Source: an uncultured bacterium (GTDB lineage Bacteria > Verrucomicrobiota > Kiritimatiellia > RFP12 > UBA1067). Taken from it: a DNA stretch of 57,977 nucleotides. Under the pieces are notes generated by a model, which was given only the letters and a program-made list of their open reading frames with translations, made no database searches and had not been told where the DNA came from. Made by a program: the position numbers and the translations under genes. The stretch covers positions 1 through 57,977 of the forward strand of contig CAIZQW010000151.1 in assembly GCA_903935195.1 (NCBI GenBank), in the 5' to 3' direction. The stretch's first letter is position 1; every line of letters starts with the position of its first letter. Positions 1 through 10,824 of the stretch are shown here, in pieces.

Positions 1-35
1 ACGGACTCGTTCGACTGCACCGACGCCATGTCACC

Positions 36-193
36 GCGGGCGTTTACGGGGAATCGAGTCCGGTGGGATGACGGGATCGTGTCATGACGAAGGACGGGCG
101 AGGGAGGCTATATTTTCATCTGCCGACCTCGCCTCGGACGCAGTCAGGGCGCGGTACCGGCATCCTGTTCCGGACTCCCCGTAAACGCCCGCA
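36..193. repeat. REP/MITE-like element: 17-bp inverted repeat (36-52 / 176-192); 151-193 recurs at 24784-24826
   Basis: GCGGGCGTTTACGGGGA (36-52) is the reverse complement of TCCCCGTAAACGCCCGC (176-192); the 43-mer at 151-193 matches 24784-24826 at 42/43 positions. Confidence 0.75.
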
Positions 194-243
194 TGAAATA
201 TCATACAGTTATCAGGAAGCAACTCGTTCCTGCAACTTTGAAA

Positions 244-672
244 CTATATGCCGGTTGAGCCAAAGCCACCTGTGCCACGGGCTGTGTCGGTGAGGTCAGT
301 GACCTCTTCAACCGTAACATGGAGGACTGGCGCGATGACCATCTGCGCGATCCGCATGCCCGGCACGATTTCAACGGGCTCGTTTCCCAGATTGATCAGA
401 ATGACGCCCAGTTCACCGCGATATCCTTCGTCAATCGTTCCCGGTGTATTGGGAAGCGAGATGCCATACTTCAAGGCCAGGCCACTGCGCGGACGTATCT
501 GCGCCTCCGTCCCTTTTGGGAGCTCCATGATGAGCCCGGTGGGGACGAGTGCACGTGCGCCAGGGTGCAAAGTCAACATGGCGCAGGAGCAGACGTCCAT
601 TCCCGCATCGCCTGGATGGGCGTAGGTGGGGATGGTCGCGTCGGGATGAACCTTTTTGAATTTGACAATCAT
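244..672 (-). CDS. dut: dUTP diphosphatase (trimeric dUTPase)
   Basis: Motifs AGMD, RPRSGLA, GTIDEGYRGE, IAQMV and RGTGGFGSTG. Confidence 0.97.
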   Translation of the reverse strand: MIVKFKKVHPDATIPTYAHPGDAGMDVCSCAMLTLHPGARALVPTGLIMELPKGTEAQIRPRSGLALKYGISLPNTPGTIDEGYRGELGVILINLGNEPVEIVPGMRIAQMVIAPVLHVTVEEVTDLTDTARGTGGFGSTGI

Positions 673-679
673 GTTGGGC

Positions 680-3151
680 CTAGCTGATGGTCACAGGGTC
701 AATGTGCCAGATTTCCTTAGCATACTCCATGATCGTCCGATCTGAGGAGAACTTGCCCGAACGCGCCACATTCATGAGTGCCTTTGCATCCCATTTATAC
801 GGTTGACGGTAGAGCTTGTCAATCTTGTCTTGGGCCTCGATATAACTCCGCAAGTCCGCTAAGAGCATGTAATGGTCATTGAAGTCTAGCAGGTTTCGGA
901 TGATCGGATCAAAGATGCCGGGATTCATCAGTGAGAAGACATTTCTGCGAATCATGCTGATTGCGCGTTTGATCTCAGGGTCATTCTCGTAGATTTCTCG
1001 GGAGTTATAGGTCGGTCGCAATTGAGCAACCTCATCCGTCCGTAATCCAAAGATGAAGATGTTATCCTCGCCAACTTCTTCAAAGATTTCTACATTGGCA
1101 CCGTCCATGGTTCCAATGGTGAGGGCGCCATTGAGCATGAGCTTCATATTACCCGTGCCCGACGCCTCAGTCCCTGCCAACGAGATCTGTTCGCTGATAT
1201 TTGCCGCAGGGATAATGCGTTCCGCGAGTGAGACTCGGTAATCAGGGAGGAAGACCACTTTCAGTCGGTCCTTGACCCGTGGGCTCGAATTGACGACCTC
1301 AGCCACACCATGAATCAGGCGGATGATGAGTTTTGCCATCCAGTAACCCGGTGCAGCCTTGGCTGCGAAGATAAAGGTTCTCGGATGAACGTCTTCATTC
1401 GGATTGCTAATCATGCGATTATAAAGAATGATGATGTAGAGCACGAGCAAGAGTTGGCGCTTGTATTCGTGTAGACGTTTCACTTGCACATCAAAGATCG
1501 AGTCAGGGGAGACGTGTATCCCTAACTGGTTAAAGATGTAGTTTGAGAGATTATCCTTGTTAGCCTGTTTGATCTTGCGGAACTGGGAGAGGAAACTCCG
1601 GTCGGTCGTGAACTTTTCAAGACCGCGCAGGGCCTCCAGATCCTTGATCCATTTTGGGCCAAGCGCTTCGGTACACAAGGCAGCCAGCTTCGGATTGGCC
1701 TTGAGCAACCAACGACGCTGGGTGATGCCGTTTGTTTTATTGCTGAAATGTGATGGATACATCTCATAAAAATCTTTGAAGAGGCTCTTCTTCAGGATCT
1801 CCGTGTGCAACGCAGCCACGCCATTGACCGCGCTGGACCCAATAATAGCAAGATTAGCCATGCGCACTTTGCGACCACCATGCTCTTCAATAATACTCAT
1901 GCGGGTCAGGCGCTCCATATCATCTGGATAGAGGGAGGCGACTTGTCGCAGGAAGCGGGAATTGATCTCGTAAATGATCTGCATGTGACGAGGCAGGAGG
2001 CGCTCCATCAAGGAGACACTCCAAGTCTCAAGCGCCTCTGGCAGGATCGTGTGGTTCGTGTACCCCGTCGAGGTCCGGGTGATGTTCCAAGCCGTCTCCC
2101 AGTCAAGCCCTTCATGATCCACGAGCAGACGCATTAGCTCTGGGATGATAAGCGCGGGATGGGTCTCATTCAAATGGATAAAGGCTTTCGCCGGCAACGT
2201 TGTCCAATCCGTGTTGGTCAAACGGAAACGGCGCAGAATGTCCTGAAGCGAACAGGAGACGAAGAAGTACTGTTGGCGTAAGCGTAGCTCCTTGCCGGCC
2301 AGCACATTGTCGTTGGGATAGAGCACCTTGGTCAGGTTCTCTGCCAACACCTTGTGCTGCACAGCGTCAACATACGAGCCCTTGTTAAACTCATCGAGAC
2401 GAAACTCGTCGTCCGCCTTGGCTGACCAGAGACGGAGGGTATTCACGGAGTTGCTGTAGCCGACCACAGGTAAGTCGTAAGGAACGCCGAGGACACGCTC
2501 GGTCTCCACCCATGTCCATTCAGCGCAATGCCCTGATGTTGAGCACTCGACACGCCCACCAAAATGAACGGTCTGTGTGTTTTCAGGGCGTGCAATTTCC
2601 CACGGATAACCATCTTTTAGCCAATGATCAGGTTCCTCCATCTGCTGGCCATCAACAATCTTCTGACGGAAGATGCCATAGTCGTAGCGGATGCCATAGC
2701 CCATGCCTGGCAGTTCTAGCGTGGAGAGCGAATCTAGAAAGCAAGCGGCTAAACGTCCAAGACCACCATTCCCAAGGCCGGCGTCCACCTCGAAATCACG
2801 AAGTGTGTTCCAATCAATGTCATCCTCTTCCAAGGCCTCACGACAAATAGGATCCATCTTCAAGTTGATGACGTTGTTGCCGAGGAGTCGTCCGATTAAA
2901 AATTCAAGGGAGAGATAATAGACGCGTTTGACATTGTCGTTTCGATACTTTGCCTGCGTCTCAATCCACCGTTCAACGATACGATCGCGGACACAGAGCG
3001 CAAACGCGGTGTAACGGTCACGTTCGGTGGCATTGTCCTCCGCCTTGGCGAGGGTATACCGAAGATGTCTCTCAAAATCTTGTTTCAGGGATTCAACACT
3101 GATTTCAACGCGTCTTCCCCGTGTCCGGCGCTTTAGTTCTTGCTTTTCCAT
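680..3151 (-). CDS. glgP: Glycogen/starch/alpha-glucan phosphorylase
   Basis: GLGNGGLGRLAACFLDS, TNGITQRRW, QVKRLHEYKRQ and PLP-site EASGTGNMK; 823 aa. Confidence 0.97.
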   Translation of the reverse strand: MEKQELKRRTRGRRVEISVESLKQDFERHLRYTLAKAEDNATERDRYTAFALCVRDRIVERWIETQAKYRNDNVKRVYYLSLEFLIGRLLGNNVINLKMDPICREALEEDDIDWNTLRDFEVDAGLGNGGLGRLAACFLDSLSTLELPGMGYGIRYDYGIFRQKIVDGQQMEEPDHWLKDGYPWEIARPENTQTVHFGGRVECSTSGHCAEWTWVETERVLGVPYDLPVVGYSNSVNTLRLWSAKADDEFRLDEFNKGSYVDAVQHKVLAENLTKVLYPNDNVLAGKELRLRQQYFFVSCSLQDILRRFRLTNTDWTTLPAKAFIHLNETHPALIIPELMRLLVDHEGLDWETAWNITRTSTGYTNHTILPEALETWSVSLMERLLPRHMQIIYEINSRFLRQVASLYPDDMERLTRMSIIEEHGGRKVRMANLAIIGSSAVNGVAALHTEILKKSLFKDFYEMYPSHFSNKTNGITQRRWLLKANPKLAALCTEALGPKWIKDLEALRGLEKFTTDRSFLSQFRKIKQANKDNLSNYIFNQLGIHVSPDSIFDVQVKRLHEYKRQLLLVLYIIILYNRMISNPNEDVHPRTFIFAAKAAPGYWMAKLIIRLIHGVAEVVNSSPRVKDRLKVVFLPDYRVSLAERIIPAANISEQISLAGTEASGTGNMKLMLNGALTIGTMDGANVEIFEEVGEDNIFIFGLRTDEVAQLRPTYNSREIYENDPEIKRAISMIRRNVFSLMNPGIFDPIIRNLLDFNDHYMLLADLRSYIEAQDKIDKLYRQPYKWDAKALMNVARSGKFSSDRTIMEYAKEIWHIDPVTIS

Positions 3152-3267
3152 ACATTCCTTTCACTCACATCACTCGTGTCTGCCCCTGCTTCCTTTCGGG
3201 ACCGATCAAAAATTTTGGATATTATACTAAATCAGGGGTGTATCCGTCACGTGTAAACACAAACTAT

Positions 3268-4287
3268 CTACTCTGCGTATCCCTTCGGATTCCGGGATTG
3301 CCAGCGCCACGTGTCTTCGCACATGGTCTTGAGGTCGCGTGTGGCAACCCAGCCCAGTTCATTCTTGGCCTTGGCCGGATCCGCCCAGCATTCCGCGATA
3401 TCGCCGGAACGCCTCGGGTGAATCGAGTAGGGGACCTTGCGACCAGAGGCGGCTTCAAAGGCTTTGACCACGTCAAGGACGCTATAACCCTTGCCGGTGC
3501 CCAGGTTGTAGACAGCTAAGCCAGGATGTGAGGCCAGCTTGTCCAGCGCCTTCAAGTGGCCGAGTGCCAGGTCGACAACATGGATATAGTCCCGAACCCC
3601 GGTGCCGTCCGGCGTAGGATAGTCATTTCCATAGACGTTGAGGCAGGCGTGTCGGCCGACAGCGACTTGCGCGACAAAGGGAAGGAGGTTGTTGGGAATG
3701 CCCGCTGGATCCTCACCGATCTGTCCGCTGGGATGTGCGCCGATTGGGTTGAAATAACGCAACAGAATGATGTTCCAGAGGGGCTTCGATTTTTGGAGAT
3801 CACGGAAGATCTGCTCCATCATCAACTTGGTCCACCCATACGGATTTGTGGCGCCCGGGGTCGGGAAATCCTCGCGGATCGGTACGCAGCTGGGGTCGCC
3901 ATAGACCGTCGCAGAGGAGCTGAAAACGATGTTGTGGCAGTGATTAGCCTCCATCACCTCGCAGAGCTGAAGGGTGCCGATAATGTTATTCTCGTAATAT
4001 TTGAGCGGAAGCCGGGTTGATTCGCCGACCGCTTTCAACGCGGCAAAGTGGATGACCGCATCAATCGGCCCCTCTTTTTTAAAGACCGCATCTAATGCAG
4101 CACGGTCACGAATGTCGACGTTGTAAAAGGCGAGCGTCTTGCTGGCAAGCGCCATCACACGCTTTAAGCTCGTTTCAGAGCTGTTACACAGGTTGTCTAC
4201 AACCACAACCTGATGCCCTGCAAGCAGTAGCTCCAAGCACGTATGACTCCCAATATATCCAGCTCCACCCGTGACAAGTACTTTCAT
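3268..4287 (-). CDS. galE: UDP-glucose 4-epimerase
   Basis: TGGAGYIGSH, HFAALKAVGES, FSSSATVYG, YGWTK, LRYFNPIGAH, RDYIHV. Confidence 0.97.
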   Translation of the reverse strand: MKVLVTGGAGYIGSHTCLELLLAGHQVVVVDNLCNSSETSLKRVMALASKTLAFYNVDIRDRAALDAVFKKEGPIDAVIHFAALKAVGESTRLPLKYYENNIIGTLQLCEVMEANHCHNIVFSSSATVYGDPSCVPIREDFPTPGATNPYGWTKLMMEQIFRDLQKSKPLWNIILLRYFNPIGAHPSGQIGEDPAGIPNNLLPFVAQVAVGRHACLNVYGNDYPTPDGTGVRDYIHVVDLALGHLKALDKLASHPGLAVYNLGTGKGYSVLDVVKAFEAASGRKVPYSIHPRRSGDIAECWADPAKAKNELGWVATRDLKTMCEDTWRWQSRNPKGYAE

Positions 4288-4366
4288 CTGTTTTCCTTTA
4301 AAAATTGAAACTTTATTCTCTCAAAACGTGGGGCTTTTTGCAAGCATCGCAATGGATTAGTTGAAA

Positions 4367-4404
4367 GCAAGTATAGCTAATGGCATGTGTGGCAGGTATG
4401 GCTA
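4367..4404 (+). repeat. Degenerate GCATGTATGGCTGATG-family repeat
   Basis: gcaagtatagctaatggcatgtgtggcaggtatggcta resembles the arrays at 19907 and 26840. Confidence 0.6.
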
Positions 4405-4418
4405 TAAATTCTGACTTC

Positions 4419-7223
4419 TCACACCAGCTTCTTCAAAAAGTGTCCGGTATGCGAGGCTGCGCAAGCGGCGATTTCTTTGGGAGTGCCAGCTGCGACGAGC
4501 GTGCCGCCTTCGTCACCTCCGCCAGGACCGAGATCAATGATGTAGTCCGCGCACTTGATGACATCCAAGTTATGCTCGATCACAACTACCGTATTCCCTG
4601 AAGCGCGCAGCCGAAGCAGAAGCTCCAGCAGTTTGTGCACATCCGCGAAATGAAGTCCGGTCGTCGGTTCATCCAGCAAGTAGAGCGTCTTGCCCGTGGC
4701 GCGCTTAGAGAGCTCTGTCGCCAGCTTGATCCGCTGCGCCTCGCCGCCCGAGAGCGTGGTCGATGACTGACCGAGATGGATATACCCCAGGCCCACCTCG
4801 GAGAGCGTCTTGAGTTTGTTGGCCACCAAGGGAACCGGTGCAAAGAACTCAAGAGCGTCTTCCACGGTTAAGTCCAAAATCTCCGCAATGTTCTTGTCGC
4901 GGTAACGGACCTCCAGTGTTTCTTTGTTGTAACGCTGTCCACCGCACTGTTCACACGTCACATAGACATCCGGCAAAAAGTGCATTTCCAAGCAACGCAT
5001 GCCGTCGCCTTGACAGACCTCACAGCGTCCGCCTTTAACATTGAAGCTGAACCGTCCCGGACCATACCCGCGTACCTTCGCAGCCGTCGTCGCGGCAAAG
5101 AGTTCGCGAATCGCCGTAAAGGCGCCCGTATAGGTCACGGGGTTGCTACGAGGAGTCCGGCCGATCGGACTCTGATCAATCTCGATAACCTTGTCGAGCT
5201 GTTCCAGCCCCGTGATCTTCTTGAAGGCGCCGGGCTTCTCCTTGGATCCGTAAAAGTGCCGAAAAAGTTGACGTTTAAGAATATCGCTGATCAGTGTGGA
5301 TTTTCCTGAGCCTGACACACCAGTCACGCAGGTGAAGCAGCCGAGGGGAATCTCCACATTAATGTTTTGAAGATTGTTTTCCGCTGCACCGACGATCTTA
5401 AGGCGCGCCTTTCCGGGTTTGACGGGGTTCGCTGGAATTTCAATACGCTTGCGTCCGGAGAGGTAGGCCGCGGTCTCCGAGACTTTGGATTTCATCAAGC
5501 CCTTAAAATCCCCTTGATAGACCACTTCGCCGCCATGGCGCCCAGCGCCGGGCCCGAGATCAATGATGTAGTCAGCCGTGCGGATCATCTCTTCGTCATG
5601 TTCGACAATGACAACCGTGTTGCCGCGTTTCTGCAATTGGTGCAGCATCTCGATGAGGCGCTCATTGTCGCGGGGATGGAGTCCGATCGTCGGCTCATCC
5701 ATGACATAGAGCACGCCCACGAGCCCCGAGCCAATCTGGGTAGCCAAGCGGATACGCTGCATCTCACCGCCCGAAAGCGTTGCGCTTTCACGGGAGAGCG
5801 AGAGGTAGTCCAATCCGACATCCGAGAGGAATTTCAGTCGCTTCCGGATCTCTTTTAAAACTTCTTCAACCTGATGCATCTCCTGGGACGTGAGTGTGAG
5901 ATTTTCAAAAAAGGCGAAACTCAGGCGCACGGTCATGTTCATGACCTCCACGATGGACTTGCCGCCCACCGTACAGGCGCAGGACTCCGGCCGCAACCGC
6001 GCACCATGGCACGCGGGACAAACCAGACGGCTCATGAAAGGTGCCAGTTTTTCGCGCATCTCGTCCGACTCTGCCTCACCATGACGGCGCTTGAGATTGG
6101 CTAAAATGCCTTCAAAAGGCTTATCTTCGTTACGCCAATCCAAGACTAACGGTACATCACTTCCATACAGCAAGAGGTGACGATGCTTCTCCGGCAATTT
6201 CTCGTAGGGCGTATCGAGGTTGATCTTGAACTGCTTGGCCAGCGCCTCCAGCAGGTATTTGTAATAGATGATGGCATGGTGTCCCACGCAGCGCCACGCC
6301 TTGATGGCTTCGCGCGTTGGGAGCGTTTTGTCCGGGATTACAAGGTCTTCATCGAAGATCCATTGCGCGCCAAGACCCGAGCAAGTCGGACAGGCCCCAT
6401 ACGGACTGTTGAACGAGAAGGCGCGCGGCTTGAGCTCCTCAAAACTGATGGAACAATCAGCACAGGCATTCTTCTCCGAGTAGAGTGTCTCCACCTCCTT
6501 GCCATCCTTCCCGATGGTCAGGAGCCGAAGCGTTCCCTCTCCCTGTTTGAGGGCCAGCTCAACCGAATCCGTCAGACGCCTGCGGATACCCTCGCCAGCC
6601 ATAAGTCGATCAACCACGGCTTCAATGGAATGCGCTTTGTTCTTATCAAGCTGAGGGATCTCCTCGATTGGGAGCATCTTGCCATCCACGCGCATCCGGA
6701 CAAACCCTTGACGCTTGATGCTGTCAAAAATCTCCTCGTGGCGTCCCTTCTTGCCGCGCACCAGGGGAGCGAGAAGGACAATCTTGGTTCCAGCCTCCAG
6801 CGTGAGAATCTTTTCGACAATCTCTTCCGCGCTCTGCTTTTGGACTGGTTTGCCGCAACACGGACAGTGAGCCTTGCCGATGTTGCCATAGAGTAGACGC
6901 AGATAATCGTGAATTTCGGTCACCGTGGCAACGATCGAACGCGGATTGCCACCTGACGTCCGTTGCTCAATGGCAATAGCAGGGGAGAGTCCCTCGATGT
7001 GTTCCACCTCCGGCTTCTGCATCTGATCTAAAAATTGACGGGCATAAGCCGAGAGGCTTTCAACATAACGGCGCTGTCCCTCGGCATAGAGCGTGTCAAA
7101 GGCAAGCGAAGACTTCCCTGAGCCGCTGAGCCCAGTGACAACCGTGAGAGAATCACGCGGAATGCGCACGTTGACATTCTTCAAATTATGCTGCCGCGCA
7201 CCTGTAATAATAATATCGGACAT
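4419..7223 (-). CDS. uvrA: Excinuclease ABC subunit A
   Basis: GARQHNLKN, two Walker A motifs ([18 protein letters not shown]), [13 protein letters not shown], two LSGGE signatures, zinc-finger CxxC pairs. Confidence 0.98.
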   Translation of the reverse strand: MSDIIITGARQHNLKNVNVRIPRDSLTVVTGLSGSGKSSLAFDTLYAEGQRRYVESLSAYARQFLDQMQKPEVEHIEGLSPAIAIEQRTSGGNPRSIVATVTEIHDYLRLLYGNIGKAHCPCCGKPVQKQSAEEIVEKILTLEAGTKIVLLAPLVRGKKGRHEEIFDSIKRQGFVRMRVDGKMLPIEEIPQLDKNKAHSIEAVVDRLMAGEGIRRRLTDSVELALKQGEGTLRLLTIGKDGKEVETLYSEKNACADCSISFEELKPRAFSFNSPYGACPTCSGLGAQWIFDEDLVIPDKTLPTREAIKAWRCVGHHAIIYYKYLLEALAKQFKINLDTPYEKLPEKHRHLLLYGSDVPLVLDWRNEDKPFEGILANLKRRHGEAESDEMREKLAPFMSRLVCPACHGARLRPESCACTVGGKSIVEVMNMTVRLSFAFFENLTLTSQEMHQVEEVLKEIRKRLKFLSDVGLDYLSLSRESATLSGGEMQRIRLATQIGSGLVGVLYVMDEPTIGLHPRDNERLIEMLHQLQKRGNTVVIVEHDEEMIRTADYIIDLGPGAGRHGGEVVYQGDFKGLMKSKVSETAAYLSGRKRIEIPANPVKPGKARLKIVGAAENNLQNINVEIPLGCFTCVTGVSGSGKSTLISDILKRQLFRHFYGSKEKPGAFKKITGLEQLDKVIEIDQSPIGRTPRSNPVTYTGAFTAIRELFAATTAAKVRGYGPGRFSFNVKGGRCEVCQGDGMRCLEMHFLPDVYVTCEQCGGQRYNKETLEVRYRDKNIAEILDLTVEDALEFFAPVPLVANKLKTLSEVGLGYIHLGQSSTTLSGGEAQRIKLATELSKRATGKTLYLLDEPTTGLHFADVHKLLELLLRLRASGNTVVVIEHNLDVIKCADYIIDLGPGGGDEGGTLVAAGTPKEIAACAASHTGHFLKKLV

Positions 7224-7290
7224 CTTCTTCCTTTTTGTCGTATCAGTTTATCAAAAGGGGGCCAAAGGCGCAAAGCGAAACATCTGTGAA

Positions 7291-7447
7291 CAGTTGGCAG
7301 TAGCAGTAGGCAGTTGGCAGTGATGGAGCGATATGAGAGACCTGAGAGGAAGTTGGCAGTCTGCAGTTGCTTGCGTACCCTGCGTCTTACCCTAATGTGA
7401 AGCTCAGCAGTAACTACTGCCTACTGCTCCTGCCAACTGCCGACTAC
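7291..7447. repeat. Inverted arrays of CAGTTGG/CAGTAGG heptamers (MITE/REPIN-like)
   Basis: Left arm cagttggcagtagcagtaggcagttggcag (7291-7320); right arm actgcctactgctcctgccaactg (7416-7439) is its reverse complement at 23/24. Confidence 0.8.
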
Positions 7448-7535
7448 AAACTTCTCTTTCTTCTTTCCTCATAAGAGGGGGCATGGTATAGTTTTGCTTT
7501 ATTTTTGAAGCTGTCGTCAAAGAGGGAATAACATC

Positions 7536-8642
7536 ATGGATAAAGTTTTCATTGCGCCGCGTCGCTATGTTCAGGGGCCGGGTGTATTGGGCCGTTCTGG
7601 AGATTTAATTTCTAAAATTGGCAAACGTGTCATGATTCTTTGGGATGCGCCTGTGCGTGGCATTGTCGGAGCCCCATTACTCGCTGATCTGAAGAAGGTC
7701 GGACTTCCGGTTGAGGATGTCTTGTTTGCGGGTGACTCGACAAAGGCTGAGGCGAAGCGCGTGGCAGACCTGCTGAAGTCCTCGGGCTGTGACGTCATTA
7801 TGGGCGTGGGTGGCGGCAAGACGCTCGATACTGCCAAGGCTGCTGCGGCACAGGCAGGCACCAAGATGATTTCCGTACCCACCGTCGCATCAAATGACTC
7901 GCCGACGAGTTCCTATACCGTGTGGTATGACGAACAGGGCAACTGCCTCGGCTTTGAAAGCTGGTTTGTGAATCCGGATCTGGTCTTGGTGGATACAGCC
8001 GTGATCGCTTGTGCGCCAGTCAAATCATTTGTCGCGGGTATGGGCGATGCACTGGCCACTTGGCTTGAAGCGGAGGCGACCCATAAAGTGCGTGGATCCA
8101 ATCTGGCAGGTGGCACCGCCACCATGGCAGCCCTAGCCATTGCACGTCTCTGCTACGATATACTTCTCGAGCATGGTGTGAATGCCAAGCGCGCTGTTGA
8201 AAAGAAAATTGTGACTCCTGCGGTCGAGAAGGTTGTGGAAGCCAATGTTCTGCTCTCCGGCTTAGGCTTTGAAAGTTGTGGTTGCGCCACGGCGCACATG
8301 GTGGCGAATTGCCTGCCCTCCTTCCCGGAGTGCCACGGCTTGATGCACGGACACGAGGTCGGCTTTGGTCTCATTACCCAGCTCTGCCTGGATGAGGACA
8401 TGCCTGTTGAACAAGCAAACCAGATTGTTGATTTTGAAATCGCCATCGGCTTGCCCGTCACCTTTGAGGACCTCGGCTTAAAGGGCGTTGAACGTGAACG
8501 TCTGATGAAAATAGGCAAGATTTGCGCAAGCCCAGGTTCCCTCTGTGCAAACCATCCGTTTAAGGTTACGTCAGACTCGATCGTCAATGCAATGATTGCA
8601 GCGGATGCTCTCGGAAACGCAAGAAAGGCGTTGATTAAATAA
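7536..8642 (+). CDS. gldA: Glycerol dehydrogenase (family III metal-dependent polyol dehydrogenase)
   Basis: PRRYVQG, GGGKTLDTAK, PTVASNDSPTS, GMGDALATWLEA, EANVLLSGLGFES, HGHEVGFG. Confidence 0.88.
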   Translation: MDKVFIAPRRYVQGPGVLGRSGDLISKIGKRVMILWDAPVRGIVGAPLLADLKKVGLPVEDVLFAGDSTKAEAKRVADLLKSSGCDVIMGVGGGKTLDTAKAAAAQAGTKMISVPTVASNDSPTSSYTVWYDEQGNCLGFESWFVNPDLVLVDTAVIACAPVKSFVAGMGDALATWLEAEATHKVRGSNLAGGTATMAALAIARLCYDILLEHGVNAKRAVEKKIVTPAVEKVVEANVLLSGLGFESCGCATAHMVANCLPSFPECHGLMHGHEVGFGLITQLCLDEDMPVEQANQIVDFEIAIGLPVTFEDLGLKGVERERLMKIGKICASPGSLCANHPFKVTSDSIVNAMIAADALGNARKALIK

Positions 8643-8668
8643 TTGCCTTATTGCGTTATTGCCTTATT
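8641..8668 (-). repeat. CAATAA(G/C)G octamer array
   Basis: Reverse complement reads aataagg caataacg caataagg caatt; same family at 15587, 18281 and 23549. Confidence 0.75.
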
Positions 8669-8696
8669 TATGAAAAGTGCTTTGGAGAACGTGAAC

Positions 8697-10232
8697 ATGC
8701 GAGCAAAAATGTGGGGGATGCTGAAGGCGAATCCAACATGTGATGTGTTGATTCTCGGCGGGGGTGTCAATGGCGCGGGACTCATGCGCGAGCTGGCCCT
8801 GCAAGACGTTAAATGCTTACTCGTGGACAAAGATGACCTTGCGGCTGGCGCCAGTTCAAAGTCCTCGCGCATGATACATGGTGGACTGCGGTATCTGGAA
8901 AACGCCGAGTTCCGTCTGGTCAGCGAATCCGTCTATGAACGCAACCGCCTGCTGAAATATGCGCCGCACTATGTGAAGCCCCTCCGGACGACGATTCCGA
9001 TTACCGCGTGGTTTGCCGGGATGATTAAGGCTCCACTGATCTTCTTCGGCTTTAATGTCAAGGTTGGCGGACGCGGGGCCTTCATTGTGAAGATGGGGTT
9101 GACCTTCTATGATATTCTGACCTGCCGTCTGCGCCAGACACCATGGAACTTCTTCATGGGGAAGAAAAAGTCGTTGCAGGAGATCCCCGGATTGCGTGAC
9201 GACATTGTTTGCACCGCGACCTATTGGGATGCCTGGATCACGCAGCCCGAACGACTTTGTGTTGAGATGGCGCTGGAAGGATGCTCAGTGCAGAAGGATT
9301 CCCTCGCACTGAACTATGTGACAGCCGAAAAGAATGGCGCTGACACGGTTTTGTTACGTGACAAGATCACAGGCGAGTCATTGACCTTAAAACCTAAGAT
9401 TGTCGTGAATGCGACAGGTGCGTGGGTGGATTTCGCTAACAAACCACTGGGCATCGAGAGCAAGCTTATGGGCGGCACAAAGGGATCGCATCTGGTAATT
9501 GACAACAAGGAACTCTTTAACGCCTTGGGTGATCGAATGATCTACTATGAACATACGGATGGTCGTATCTGCATCACCTTCCAGTTCATGGACAAGGTGA
9601 TCATGGGATCGACCGACATTCGCATCAAAGATCCTGATGAGGCTGCCTGTGACGACGCGGAGATTGATTATATGCTGACGACCCTCAAGGGCGTCTTCCC
9701 GACGATCAATATTCCGAAGTCGGACATTGTTCATATTTTCTGCGGTGTCCGTCCGTTAATGGCGTCGCAGGAAGGCTATACCAGCAAGGTCTCCCGTTCA
9801 CACTTCCTCGCGGAGCACAAACCGGATGCCACACGCGCCTTCCCTGTTTACAGCATGGTAGGGGGTAAGCTGACAACCTTCCGCGCCTTTGCAGAGATGA
9901 CCGCAGATCGTCTGATGCCACTGCTGGGCGTCACACGCCAAGTGTCGACAACCGACCGTTACTATCCGAAACCAGAAACATTTACAGGCGAGACGCTCAA
10001 GACGCTTCCGGACTTGACGGTCGCAGAGGTTCGCGCCTTGACCCAAAACGAGCTTGTGGTGCACCTTTCCGACTTTGTCCGCCGCCGGAGCGTGATTACG
10101 CTGCTTGGTCATCTCACCGAGGCAAGCGCACACGAACTGGCCGACATCATGGCGCCGATATTGGGTTGGGATGATTCACACAAACGCGAAGAAATCGCCA
10201 TGTCCCTAGCGGAAGCCCACGGACGGAAGTAA
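8697..10232 (+). CDS. FAD-dependent glycerol-3-phosphate dehydrogenase/oxidase family protein (GlpD/EryB-like)
   Basis: GGGVNGAG, GASSKSSRMIHGGLRYLE, NATGAW, KGSH, GVRPL, GGKLTTFR; start set to ATG 8697 behind GGAG. Confidence 0.85.
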   Translation: MRAKMWGMLKANPTCDVLILGGGVNGAGLMRELALQDVKCLLVDKDDLAAGASSKSSRMIHGGLRYLENAEFRLVSESVYERNRLLKYAPHYVKPLRTTIPITAWFAGMIKAPLIFFGFNVKVGGRGAFIVKMGLTFYDILTCRLRQTPWNFFMGKKKSLQEIPGLRDDIVCTATYWDAWITQPERLCVEMALEGCSVQKDSLALNYVTAEKNGADTVLLRDKITGESLTLKPKIVVNATGAWVDFANKPLGIESKLMGGTKGSHLVIDNKELFNALGDRMIYYEHTDGRICITFQFMDKVIMGSTDIRIKDPDEAACDDAEIDYMLTTLKGVFPTINIPKSDIVHIFCGVRPLMASQEGYTSKVSRSHFLAEHKPDATRAFPVYSMVGGKLTTFRAFAEMTADRLMPLLGVTRQVSTTDRYYPKPETFTGETLKTLPDLTVAEVRALTQNELVVHLSDFVRRRSVITLLGHLTEASAHELADIMAPILGWDDSHKREEIAMSLAEAHGRK

Positions 10233-10597
10233 GTTGAGCCCTTGGGGCTTCTCTAAATCCATTTAGTTTTTTCAGACGATAATTTAATTCGTTAGATCGT
10301 CTTGAGTGCCCATCTTGCGGTCCGGACCGGCCGAAGAAATACGAATCTTTTTCCCGGTTTTTAAATAACTATAAGGCATCCCCAATACGGGGTTAGGACT
10401 GCAGCAGTGCTGAGAAAAATGACGAGTGTCGTTTTGACGAACTGATGGGCATATAATACATCATGTACGAGATCAACCTATCCTAGCATTATCAACAGCA
10501 AGAACGCCGGAATAAATGCGACTGTTGTCAGCGAATGGGAACTCTGTTTTAGGTTCGTTCATTTGCATTTTTCAGGCATCGATACCAACATTCGGCA

Positions 10598-10635
10598 AAT
10601 TGTTGCGCGTTTAGATGGACAATACAAGCTGAATT
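10598..10635. repeat. 38-bp direct repeat, copy 1 (copy 2 at 14282-14319)
   Basis: aattgttgcgcgtttagatggacaatacaagctgaatt vs aattgttgcgcgttttgatggacaaagcaaggcgaatt, 33/38 identical. Confidence 0.8.
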
Positions 10636-10719
10636 CGCGCAATTCAGTTCAAGGTAAAAGCGACAGGGGGACAGACTATTTGCATTGCATAATAAGGGGA
10701 CAGACAATCTAAATTATAA

Positions 10720-10740
10720 ATGTCGCTTTGAAAGCGACAT
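10720..10740. promoter_or_regulatory. Perfect 10-bp inverted repeat upstream of the transposase (operator or hairpin)
   Basis: ATGTCGCTTT-G-AAAGCGACAT. Confidence 0.5.
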
Positions 10741-10824
10741 CCAGCCCTTTCCAATTTGTTAATGTATTGTCGTTCTTACAACAAAGGGACAGACAATTTG
10801 TCTGAAATTGGAAAGGAGCAAGGT

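Noticed and set aside
84-293. 69-aa plus-strand ORF
   Set aside because: Runs through the repeat element and overlaps the 3' end of dut; no motif
8643-8696. TTG start at 8643 for the GlpD-like gene
   Set aside because: Reads through the octamer repeat; the GGAG RBS supports ATG 8697
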